Shown piece after piece: positions 23,588-32,309 of a stretch of DNA of 64,000 nucleotides (position 1 is the stretch's first letter; each line of letters starts with the position of its first letter). A model generated the notes under the pieces. That model saw nothing but the letters and a program-made list of their open reading frames with translations. It did not search any database and was not told where the DNA came from. The DNA comes from Bacilli bacterium. Lineage in GTDB: Bacteria > Bacillota > Bacilli > JACDOE01. The stretch spans positions 837-64,836 of the forward strand of contig JAWLDF010000005.1 in assembly GCA_041686735.1 (NCBI GenBank), written 5' to 3'. A program made the position numbers and the translations under genes.

Positions 23588-24321
23588 TCTCCCATTTTTA
23601 TTAATTCGGATACCGTCACGAATTCATATCCTTTTGCCCTCAGCCCGTCGATGATTCTCGGCAGAGCATGTTGGGTTTGCGGACATGAATCACTGGCATG
23701 AAGCAGAATTATATCCCCCGGATGAGCACGTTCTAGAACCCGGTTAGCGATTTGATCGACACCCGGTTTCATCCAGTCCAGGGAATCCGTATCCCACTGT
23801 ATCACTTCATATCCGAGATCATTTAACGTGCGGATGACCCTTTCGTTAAAATCCCCATTGGGGGTACGAATGAGACGCGTCTTTTGTCCTGTGATTTGAT
23901 ATAAAGCGTCTTCCGCTTTTTTTACCTGATCACGTATCCATTCATTGCTGAACTGGCTGTAATTCTGATGTTTCCAGCCGTGACTGCCTATCTCAAAACC
24001 CATGTCATCAATGCGGCGCACGATATCTTGATGTTTCAATGCCCAGGGACCGGAAAGAAAAAAAGTTGCATTATATACGTCTTTTTCTCCCAACACGTCC
24101 AGGATGGGATGGGCGTATTTGTTGCCCCAACTGATATCAAAAGTAAGTGCAAGTACCTTTTTGTCGGTATCCACCTTATAAATGGCTGATGGCTTCTCAC
24201 TGCTTGCTTGAAGGGTTTGCGCATGAATCACGTCAGCACCGATATAGATAAAAACACAGGCAAAAATGACTGCAAGCAACAGGTAGACCCATATTTCCAA
24301 ATAGAATCGTTTATTAAACAT
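23581..24321 (-). CDS. Polysaccharide deacetylase (PdaB-like)
   Basis: LTFDISWG, GSHGWKH, RTPNGD and LLHASD NodB motifs. Confidence 0.85.
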   Translation of the reverse strand: MFNKRFYLEIWVYLLLAVIFACVFIYIGADVIHAQTLQASSEKPSAIYKVDTDKKVLALTFDISWGNKYAHPILDVLGEKDVYNATFFLSGPWALKHQDIVRRIDDMGFEIGSHGWKHQNYSQFSNEWIRDQVKKAEDALYQITGQKTRLIRTPNGDFNERVIRTLNDLGYEVIQWDTDSLDWMKPGVDQIANRVLERAHPGDIILLHASDSCPQTQHALPRIIDGLRAKGYEFVTVSELIKMGDH

Positions 24322-24401
24322 GAAAAAATCCTCCCGTATGTATTTTCTATCTATAGATTGGCTTACCACGGGAGGATTATGGCTGGAAAGGAATGGGAAG
24401 T

Positions 24402-25289
24402 CTATTTGCTCCTGGGGAGACCCAGCAACTCGGATACCGTCACAAATTCCACACCGTCGGCCCGTAATTGTTCAATTATTTTGGGGAGGGCTTTCACTGT
24501 ACCCGAGAGATCTTCCCCTTTTCCACCGGCACTGTGTTGCAAAATGATCGATCCGGGAAAAATGGTACTGAGTACATTGGTGGCGACCTGATCGGCACTC
24601 AACCCTTTCCAGTCAAGGGAATCGACATTCCAGTTCACAATCGTGAATCTCTGACTGGAAAGCCATTTGATTTGCTCTTCATTTACATTTCCATATGGAG
24701 GACGAAACGTCTTCGGACTGTACCCGGTAATTCTCTGAATCAGTTCGTCCGTTTGCCTGAGCTGACGCTGAAAAGCATCATTGCTCATTTTAATAAGATT
24801 TGGGTGATTGTATGTGTGATTGCCGATTTCATGGCCTTCGCGATGCATGCGGCGTACGATCTCAGGATGAGCCTCGGTTCGGTTTCCGACGACATAGAAT
24901 GTGGCCTTCACGTTATATTCCTTTAAAACATCAAGGATTTGCGGTGTATATTCCAGGTCGGGACCATCATCAAACGTCAGAGCCACCTGCCTTTTGGACG
25001 AGGGACCGTTTAACACAAATACACTGGGATATTTCCTGCGGAGATCTGACAGCGTGATCGGGTGCGGACGCCTTACTTCTTTTTCTTTTCCGCCTGCAAG
25101 ATCGGGCGTTTCATTTCGATTCCTTTCCCGTTGTTTTTGTTGATCCTGTTGTTGAGTTTCCTGACGGGATTGATCTCCCTCACCCTGTCCCTGTTGTCTC
25201 TGCTCATCCCTTTGAGCCGTACAGGCTGTTAAAAGGAGGGTAGCGACAATCATCAAAGATATCCATTTTCTTATAAAAGAAGATGCCAT
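24402..25289 (-). CDS. Polysaccharide deacetylase lipoprotein
   Basis: Lipobox LLTAC; LTFDDGP, HTYNH, FRPPYG and ILQHS motifs. Confidence 0.88.
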   Translation of the reverse strand: MASSFIRKWISLMIVATLLLTACTAQRDEQRQQGQGEGDQSRQETQQQDQQKQRERNRNETPDLAGGKEKEVRRPHPITLSDLRRKYPSVFVLNGPSSKRQVALTFDDGPDLEYTPQILDVLKEYNVKATFYVVGNRTEAHPEIVRRMHREGHEIGNHTYNHPNLIKMSNDAFQRQLRQTDELIQRITGYSPKTFRPPYGNVNEEQIKWLSSQRFTIVNWNVDSLDWKGLSADQVATNVLSTIFPGSIILQHSAGGKGEDLSGTVKALPKIIEQLRADGVEFVTVSELLGLPRSK

Positions 25290-25369
25290 CGGAACAAACC
25301 TCCTGTTTACGCTTGTTTTTTCTAGTATGCGTTAAGGACATGGTTTTATCCGAAAGCACCTCATCTTCA

Positions 25370-26197
25370 TTAATCTTCAATTTTATGATAAGAAAAAGAA
25401 GATTCCCGACGGTTTATTTCTTGCTCAATTTCCCTTGACAGTTGCCGAAGTTGTAATATGTCACCGATTTTGATGAGATGATTAAATTGTTCCTGAAAGT
25501 CATTGGCCTCGACCACCGCTCCCTGTAAAAAGAGGGATTCAATATTTTGAAGAATGTGGGAGACAAGGGATGACTTCAGTTCAAAAGATTTTTGCGCGGA
25601 CATAATCTCATCCCGGATATCGGACATTTCCTGATCCAGCTGAAAAGCGGCCTCAGCAGCACGTCTCAGTTTATTTTTTATATGTTCGGGAATATTCTGC
25701 TCATATTTATAATTAAGGGAATGTTCGATTGTAGCCCAGAAGTTCATGGCCAGTGTACGGATCTGAATTTCAGCCAGAATTTCCTTTTCACCTCTGGCCG
25801 TTTGCACGGGATAGTATATAATCATGTGATAACTGCGATATCCGCTTTCCTTTTTATTGGCAATATAGTCCTTTGCCGTAACGATTTTGAGATCCTTCCC
25901 GTCACGTTGATGAATTAAATCCACAACCTTTTCGATATCGTCAACAAACTGGCACATAATCCGGATACCGGCAATATCTTCCATCTCCTGTTCGATACGA
26001 TCCAGAGGGATATTTAATTTACCCGCTTTGGATAAGATGCTGGACACTTTTTTGACTCTGCCCACAACAAATTCGATCGGCGAATAGTTATTCCGTTTTT
26101 TTAACTCGGAACGAATCGCACGGAACTTGATTTTCAATTCATCGACGGCCTGTTCATACGGTATGAGAAATTCTTCCCAGCCCCTGCCGTTCTTCAA
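25370..26197 (-). CDS. Small alarmone synthetase / GTP pyrophosphokinase (RelQ/YjbM-like)
   Basis: GRVKK, DIAGIR, KDY, SGYRSYH and EIQIRT motifs. Confidence 0.9.
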   Translation of the reverse strand: MKNGRGWEEFLIPYEQAVDELKIKFRAIRSELKKRNNYSPIEFVVGRVKKVSSILSKAGKLNIPLDRIEQEMEDIAGIRIMCQFVDDIEKVVDLIHQRDGKDLKIVTAKDYIANKKESGYRSYHMIIYYPVQTARGEKEILAEIQIRTLAMNFWATIEHSLNYKYEQNIPEHIKNKLRRAAEAAFQLDQEMSDIRDEIMSAQKSFELKSSLVSHILQNIESLFLQGAVVEANDFQEQFNHLIKIGDILQLRQLSREIEQEINRRESSFSYHKIED

Positions 26198-26363
26198 CGT
26201 GCGTTACCCCCTCGCTGTCATTTCGTTCAAAACAATCCATGTTCCACCCTTTATTTTACATGGAAAGATCCTCTAGTCACAAGAATCTTTGTTAAATTTT
26301 TTCTGACACAGACAAAGGAAGCCTTCTTCACGGCGTGAAGAAGGCTTCTTTCATTCATATTTA

Positions 26364-28274
26364 TCACTCATAATTCTCATAATATTCACGGATTCCGTTG
26401 ACCAGAGCACGTGCCACTTTTTCCTGAAAATCCGGCTGCATGAGTTTGGCATTTTCTTCGGGATGAGTCAGGAAACCTGTTTCTGTTAATACGGCAGGCA
26501 TGGTAGTATTCTTGATTACATAAAAGGGAGCGGTTTGAACCCCTCGGTTCGGAAATTGTGTGGCTTCCACCAGATATTTGTGTATCACACGTGCGAAGGC
26601 TTCACTCTGCCTGTTGTAATAATAGGTTTCCGTTCCCCGTGTTCCGGGCACATAAGCATTGGCATGGATCGAAATGAAAAGGTCGGCATCCATGTCATTG
26701 GCTAGTTCCACCCTTTCCTGCAGGGTGAGAAAAGTATCGTCCGAGCGGGTGGCCATGACCTGAAACTCCTCATATTCACTGAGCATTTCCACCATCAGCA
26801 TGCTCACTTTCAAATTGAAGTCCTTTTCCACATTTCCCGCTGTTCCGCGTGCCCCCGGATCTTTCCCCCCGTGACCGGCATCGACGATAATTAAGTAACC
26901 CGTTTTTGGCGGTAGAGGATTTAATTTAATTTCCAGACCGTTTTTATGTGGAATGATCTCATAATCACTTTTACGATTCAACTCCAGTACCACTCTGACG
27001 GTATAAGGAGATTGATCGTATTGGCTGTAACGAATTTCCCGTATAACCGGATAAGGATTGTCATCCTGAATAATCAATCCGCTTTCTGCATCAAAGGAAG
27101 CGATATCGGGAATATCCTCCTCCGACTCAGTATCATCAACCGCATTTTCTTCCTCGTTTTCCGGGCTGACTCCTTTTTCAGGGAGTTGATCTCCGGTTTC
27201 AGAAAGATCTGCTTCCTCAACGGGATCATTCGTTGTTTTCCTTTTTCCTTCGTCTTCAGTCAGTGCCAATTCTTGATCCTGCAGAACTTGTTGCTGATTT
27301 AAAAAGTCGAGCAATTCCCCGGACAAGTTGGCGGCGGGCAAATCAAGCACGATCCGGTGCGGACCCACCAGCCTAAAATGTTCAGGTTCAACAGGTTCGG
27401 AAGTCCTAAGAAAAACACTTGTCTCATCTTCACGATCTATGGCTTCGATCTTTTCCAGTGTTCTCAGACGTTCAACCACCAGTTGCGGTTCTGGTTCAAT
27501 AGTCCAATTAATCACTTCATCATCCAGGATTTCTTGCAGCTGATCCATGGTGATAACAAGTGATGAATCAATTTCCTTCGCCACTTCTTCTCCGATCCTA
27601 TTGTTACTTTTGGATGACTTTGTGATAGCCGATCTTTTTCTGTCGGACCGGTCAACCAGGATCGGTTCATCGGCTTTGATGGAAAAAGAACGATCCTTTT
27701 TCTTTATGACCATTTTTTTCTGTTCTTGATCCCATTCATAATCCAGATAAATCAGTCGTGCGATGTCCTGCACGGAGATGTAATATTGACCGTCCATCAC
27801 ATAGCCTTTCACTTTACCGGTAACATCTTCCCCATTCGCCTCAACCGAAAAAGGGTGATTGGCATAAACCGTTCGCGTGTTACTCTCCCATCCGACAGTA
27901 ATCCCGAGTGCTTCACCCACAAAACGCATCGGCAATAGCATGCGGTTATTTTGTAAAAACGGTGGTGCATCCAACTCAACATTTTCGCCGTCGATGCTGG
28001 CTACCGGATTATTCAACTGTAATTGAATCTCCCTGTTTTCCTTCGTAATGGTAGCCGTTTTGGTTTTTTGGTCCCATTCGACGATTGCATTTAGTCCTTC
28101 CGCCACAACCCTGACCGGAACCATCGTACGTTGATTATGTATGACCGGCGGTACATCCGGCTCCACTTTTAATCCCTGAATAACCAGGGATACCGGTTCG
28201 GCGGCTTTCACTCCGATCGGTATGAAAAAGGCCATGAACAACAGTAAACACAACGATGCGACAATTCTTTTCAT
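26364..28274 (-). CDS. N-acetylmuramoyl-L-alanine amidase with copper-amine-oxidase-like N-terminal and AMIN domains
   Basis: Signal peptide; RTMVPVR/RMLLPMRF; DAGHGGKD, SIHANA and LTETGF motifs; start at 28274. Confidence 0.88.
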   Translation of the reverse strand: MKRIVASLCLLLFMAFFIPIGVKAAEPVSLVIQGLKVEPDVPPVIHNQRTMVPVRVVAEGLNAIVEWDQKTKTATITKENREIQLQLNNPVASIDGENVELDAPPFLQNNRMLLPMRFVGEALGITVGWESNTRTVYANHPFSVEANGEDVTGKVKGYVMDGQYYISVQDIARLIYLDYEWDQEQKKMVIKKKDRSFSIKADEPILVDRSDRKRSAITKSSKSNNRIGEEVAKEIDSSLVITMDQLQEILDDEVINWTIEPEPQLVVERLRTLEKIEAIDREDETSVFLRTSEPVEPEHFRLVGPHRIVLDLPAANLSGELLDFLNQQQVLQDQELALTEDEGKRKTTNDPVEEADLSETGDQLPEKGVSPENEEENAVDDTESEEDIPDIASFDAESGLIIQDDNPYPVIREIRYSQYDQSPYTVRVVLELNRKSDYEIIPHKNGLEIKLNPLPPKTGYLIIVDAGHGGKDPGARGTAGNVEKDFNLKVSMLMVEMLSEYEEFQVMATRSDDTFLTLQERVELANDMDADLFISIHANAYVPGTRGTETYYYNRQSEAFARVIHKYLVEATQFPNRGVQTAPFYVIKNTTMPAVLTETGFLTHPEENAKLMQPDFQEKVARALVNGIREYYENYE

Positions 28275-28308
28275 ACCCTTCCCCTTCCCGTCAATAGATG
28301 TCACTACG

Positions 28309-28337
28309 TTAGACTCGAAGAGGGGGGAAAAGTTTCG
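28309..28337 (-). promoter_or_regulatory. Candidate ECF sigma promoter for the amidase gene
   Basis: CGAAAC-17 nt-GTCTAA. Confidence 0.45.
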
Positions 28338-28384
28338 CATGTTGACGAAGTTGAAGATGAGAAATCGATTCCTGTTGATTCAAA

Positions 28385-29134
28385 TTATGTCTGATCCAGC
28401 GGGGAGAGCCAGTCCTTCATAAAAACAGATAAATACTCTGGTAATTCACTCAAATCAACATTTTTTGTATCTGTTTTTTTGTGAATCTTTCCTTCACCCA
28501 TAATCACCATACTCTGACACAAAAAGCGGATCTCCTGATAATCATGACTGACAATCACCGTGGTTGTTCCCGTTTCGGAAAGAATTTGTTTAAAATCGGT
28601 TAACAAACTTTTTTTGGTGGGCAGGTCAAGGGCGGTAAACGGTTCGTCCATAAATAAGACCCTGGGGTCGGATATCATCGTCCGGGCCATATTTACCCTT
28701 TGTTGTTCACCCCCGGACAATGACCGGGCAGAACGGTCAGCGAGATGAGCTATCCCGAATCGTTCAAGCCATTTCATGACCTGCGGCCTTATCTCCTTAC
28801 GGGATACTCTGCGCAATTTGAGGGGCAGGGCCACATTGTTATAGACCGATGTTGACAACATAAGAGGTTGTTGAAACATCACCGCCATTTGTCTGCGTAC
28901 GGACAAATCGATTTTACCGGGCCATACCTTTTTTCCTCGTATGAAAATGGTGCCCTGACCGGGTTCTTCAAGTAATGACATGACTTTAACCAGAGTACTC
29001 TTCCCTGCTCCGTTCGGGCCTGCTATCCCCAGGGTTTCACCGGGTGATAACGACAACAAGCCAATATCGAGGATGGAGCGATTTCCTTTATTTATTTTTA
29101 TATCACGCAATTCAATAATCGGAGGGGATTCCAT
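28385..29134 (-). CDS. tupC: Tungstate ABC transporter ATP-binding subunit
   Basis: GPNGAGKS, LSGGEQQR, DEP; operon context. Confidence 0.8.
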   Translation of the reverse strand: MESPPIIELRDIKINKGNRSILDIGLLSLSPGETLGIAGPNGAGKSTLVKVMSLLEEPGQGTIFIRGKKVWPGKIDLSVRRQMAVMFQQPLMLSTSVYNNVALPLKLRRVSRKEIRPQVMKWLERFGIAHLADRSARSLSGGEQQRVNMARTMISDPRVLFMDEPFTALDLPTKKSLLTDFKQILSETGTTTVIVSHDYQEIRFLCQSMVIMGEGKIHKKTDTKNVDLSELPEYLSVFMKDWLSPLDQT

Positions 29135-29136
29135 GT

Positions 29137-29835
29137 TTAATTTTTCACCTCGCGCTGCTGCAGAAGAGTCAACCCCAGCGTGACCAGATAGGCCAGGGTA
29201 AGCAGAATAATAGAGATTCCTATGGCAACTTCCGTGTTCCCTTTTGATGTCTCCATGACCGTGGCCGTCGTCAACACCCTTGTATACCCTTTAATATTCC
29301 CGCCGACCATCATCGATGCCCCGATTTCGGAGATGGCGGCTCCGAACCCGGCGATGACAGCGGCAAGCAGAGAATAACGAGCTTCGCGTATCACCAGAAA
29401 TAGGGTCTGATATTTCGTGGCACCCAGGGAGCGGATTTGCAAGCGCATACGTTCATCTACCTGCATGATGGCGGCACTGGTCAATCCGGTGATAATGGGT
29501 GTGGCGATAATCGATTGGGCGATCACAATTGCGGCTGGAGTAAACAACAGTTCGAAATCCCCGAGCGGACCGCTGCGTGCCAAAAACAGAAAAACCCACA
29601 GACCGACGACAACGGGGGGGAAACCCATTGTCGTATTCACAATACTGATATAGATTTTTCTGCCGGGAAATCTGGCCCAGGCCAAAAACATGCCAAGAGG
29701 GACACCAACGACCAAACTGATGATCGTTGCCGTCCCTGAAACTTTTAATGTTAACCAGGTAATTTCATAGATTTCCGGATCCCCGGAAAAAATCATGACA
29801 AAAGCCTGTACAATCCCCTGCAATATCATTTCCAC
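29137..29835 (-). CDS. tupB: Tungstate ABC transporter permease
   Basis: PPVVVGL and EIGASMMVGGNIKGYTRVLTTA motifs. Confidence 0.88.
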   Translation of the reverse strand: MEMILQGIVQAFVMIFSGDPEIYEITWLTLKVSGTATIISLVVGVPLGMFLAWARFPGRKIYISIVNTTMGFPPVVVGLWVFLFLARSGPLGDFELLFTPAAIVIAQSIIATPIITGLTSAAIMQVDERMRLQIRSLGATKYQTLFLVIREARYSLLAAVIAGFGAAISEIGASMMVGGNIKGYTRVLTTATVMETSKGNTEVAIGISIILLTLAYLVTLGLTLLQQREVKN

Positions 29836-29894
29836 GAGAATCCGTCCCTCCGTTCAAACCTCCCCGGGTTTACACATTTGCAATCATTTTCAGT

Positions 29895-30830
29895 CTATTG
29901 TGCAAAAGCCTCTTCCGTTTTTCCTCCGTCGGCAAAGAACAACGGTTGTCCGTATTGATCCACGCCAAACTCGGCGATAACGGCCTGGGTTTCCTCAGCG
30001 AGCATAAAAGAAACAAATTTTTCTGCCGCATCCGCATTGATTTTATCAGACTTTTCCGGATTTACCTGCATCACGTGGTAAATGTTTAGTAAACTGGCTT
30101 CTCCTTCAACGAGAATTTTCAGATCAATTTCATCTTGTAGTGCAAGATAAGTGGCACGGTCTGTTAAGGTGTAGCCGCCTTTTTCTGAAGCAATGCGAAG
30201 AGTCTGCCCCATTCCCTGTCCGGACTCCTGGTACCACTGTCCCGAAGGTTCCTGTCCCGTTTGTTTCCATATGGATAACTCTTTTTTATGGGTGCCGGAA
30301 TCATCTCCGCGCGAAACAAAAATCTGTCCGGCTGATGCAATTTTTGCAAAGGCATCTGATGCCTTTTTTTCAGATTGAATACCAGCGGGATCATCCGCGG
30401 GACCAACAACAACAAAGTCATTATGCATGACCAGCTGACGGTTAATCACATCTCCGTTATCTACCAGTACTTTTTCGGAAGCTGGAGCATGAACCAGTAA
30501 AACATCCGCTTCACCCTGTTCGCCCATAGCTAGGGCTTTTCCTGTCCCGACGGCAATTGTTTTTACACGATAGCCTGTTTGTTCTTCATACATGGGAACC
30601 AGTACATCCAGCAGTCCGCTGTCCTGAGTGCTTGTGGTGGTGGCTAATATCACAAATTCTTTGGTTTCCTGATTCTGTTCATGTCCATTTTCGCTTGCTG
30701 CCGGCTCCTGGGAATCCGTATTTTCCTGACCGGCATTGTTTGCATTATTACTTCCGCAGGCACTTAATAAAGCCATAATCAATACAAAAATGATCACGGT
30801 AAGACTGTTTTTTGAAAAGAATGTTCTCAT
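29895..30830 (-). CDS. tupA: Tungstate-binding lipoprotein TupA
   Basis: Lipobox LSAC; ATTTS, GTGKAL and SRGDDSGTH signatures of TupA. Confidence 0.9.
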   Translation of the reverse strand: MRTFFSKNSLTVIIFVLIMALLSACGSNNANNAGQENTDSQEPAASENGHEQNQETKEFVILATTTSTQDSGLLDVLVPMYEEQTGYRVKTIAVGTGKALAMGEQGEADVLLVHAPASEKVLVDNGDVINRQLVMHNDFVVVGPADDPAGIQSEKKASDAFAKIASAGQIFVSRGDDSGTHKKELSIWKQTGQEPSGQWYQESGQGMGQTLRIASEKGGYTLTDRATYLALQDEIDLKILVEGEASLLNIYHVMQVNPEKSDKINADAAEKFVSFMLAEETQAVIAEFGVDQYGQPLFFADGGKTEEAFAQ

Positions 30831-31798
30831 AATCCAATCTCCTCAACAATTTGTCCTGTTTGATCTACTTCATATCCGCCCAAGTTGACGATATTTTGTT
30901 TAAAAGAATCCGATGAAAGAACGTGTTTGATCAATCTCCATGATTCACTGTCATAGAACGAACGATGCATGACCAGATCATAATTTTCACGGGTGAGCGG
31001 GACAAAATCAACTCCGACAGCACGGGCCGCACTTTCAATACCCAGGGCGGCGTCAGCTTCTCCCCTCGATACGGCAGCGGCAGCCCCGTAATGCGTCGTT
31101 TCAATTTGATCGCATCCCTTGATATCACCCGGTTTAAGATTCAATTTTTTTAACTGATAATCGAGTAACACACGGGTGCCCGCTCCTTTTTGGCGGTTGA
31201 CTATGGTAAGATCTTTTCTCTTTAAATCCTGCCAGCCCGAGATATGCTTTGGATTCCCCCGCGGGATCATCCATCCCTGTGTGCGACGGACAAAACGAAC
31301 GACAACCACCTGTTCTCCGGCAAAAATTCGTTTAATGAAGGGAACATTATATTCTCCCGTTTCCTCATCCAGCAGGTGGCATCCTGCCATATCAGCCTGT
31401 CCTCTAAATAGCTGGAACAACCCTTCCATACTGCCGACAAATGCCGGAATAATGCGGGATCCACCTGAAGATTCTTCCAGAAATCGAACGAGGTAATCGA
31501 ATGATAAATCATGACTGCCGGTAAAAGTCACCGGGGAAAACGACAAAGTTTTGAATTTATTGCTTATAAGTTGTGCAGAATCGGGAATTTCCTTTGTCGG
31601 AGTCTCTTCGGATATAAAGGCGGATGCCCCTTTTTTCCTCTGGAGATATGCATCGAGATCCTGCTGATCGATACGAATCTTTTTCCCGATTCGTGTTGCC
31701 GGCAACTCCCCCCTTTTTACCATTTCATACACCGTGTATTTGGATATCTGGAGTTTGGCGGCAACTTCTTCCGGTGTGTAAAGATGCATCATATACAC
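30827..31798 (-). CDS. Excisionase-type HTH plus molybdate/tungstate-binding PBP domain regulator (YvgK-like)
   Basis: YTPEEVAAKLQISKYTVYEMVKRGELPA; GSHD, GSMEGL and NRQKGAGTR; stop overlaps the tupA start. Confidence 0.88.
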   Translation of the reverse strand: MYMMHLYTPEEVAAKLQISKYTVYEMVKRGELPATRIGKKIRIDQQDLDAYLQRKKGASAFISEETPTKEIPDSAQLISNKFKTLSFSPVTFTGSHDLSFDYLVRFLEESSGGSRIIPAFVGSMEGLFQLFRGQADMAGCHLLDEETGEYNVPFIKRIFAGEQVVVVRFVRRTQGWMIPRGNPKHISGWQDLKRKDLTIVNRQKGAGTRVLLDYQLKKLNLKPGDIKGCDQIETTHYGAAAAVSRGEADAALGIESAARAVGVDFVPLTRENYDLVMHRSFYDSESWRLIKHVLSSDSFKQNIVNLGGYEVDQTGQIVEEIGL

Positions 31799-31860
31799 CC
31801 CTTTTCCGATTTATCATATCGCTAACATAGCTTAAATTCCCAATCATGTCAATGAGTATT

Positions 31861-31900
31861 TGTTAGTTTTAATTAGGTTTAATAGCATTTAATTAGTTTA
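31861..31900. repeat. Four imperfect 10-bp direct repeats just upstream of a sigmaA promoter (TTGACA at 31848-31853, minus strand)
   Basis: tgttagtttt / aattaggttt / aatagcattt / aattagttta. Confidence 0.65.
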
Positions 31901-31903
31901 TAT

Positions 31904-31983
31904 AAAGATAAACATGCTGGATTGATTTGCCTTTCCCTCACTTCGTTCGGCCGGTCTGCATCAAATCCAGCATGTTTATCTTT
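31904..31983. repeat. Hairpin module A: 20-bp perfect arms around a REP-like core
   Basis: aaagataaacatgctggatt ... aatccagcatgtttatcttt; core ttgcctttccctcacttcgttcggccggtctgc. Confidence 0.85.
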
Positions 31984-32049
31984 TGATCAAAAGAAGAGCG
32001 AGATGATGAAAGGGATGGAAATCGCTGGATATATCCGAAAGCAACAATA

Positions 32050-32183
32050 TTGACATACTCCAACCACCTGCGCTAGCGGTTAGAGGTTGGGGATTCTTGG
32101 GACGTACCAGCTATCACCGGTATATTACCAATCGTTTTGGAAATCTTAGTCGAGCCATCTTAAGGCAATTGGTGAGCCCATCT
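32050..32183 (-). mobile_element. Orphan IS200/IS605-family right end / TnpB omegaRNA-like scaffold, without tnpA or tnpB
   Basis: Minus strand ...gatagctggtacgtcccaagaatccccaacctctaaccgctagcgcaggtggttggagtatgTCAA; subterminal hairpin plus terminal TCAA, matched from memory to IS605/IS1341 right ends. Confidence 0.65.
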
Positions 32184-32185
32184 AA

Positions 32186-32260
32186 AAAATAATATTCTGA
32201 TTTGATGCAGACCGGCCGAACGAAGTGAGGGAATGGCAAATCAAATCAGAATATTATTTT
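32186..32260. repeat. Hairpin module B: 21-bp perfect arms, same core as A but inverted
   Basis: aaaataatattctgatttgat ... atcaaatcagaatattatttt; the core reverse complement differs from core A at one base. Confidence 0.85.
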
Positions 32261-32309
32261 AAATAATAAACCCGCCCAGTACAATGGACGGGTCACTCTT
32301 ATTATTTTT

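Noticed and set aside
31607-31616. 10-nt match (ttcggatata) to the putative omegaRNA guide inside the regulator gene
   Set aside because: Too short, and it omits the scaffold-proximal seed; expected by chance.
31904-32260. Possible CRISPR mini-array or Moco riboswitch upstream of the tup operon
   Set aside because: The copies are inverted, not direct, and I could not find Moco-motif conserved elements; REP-like modules and an IS end fit better.
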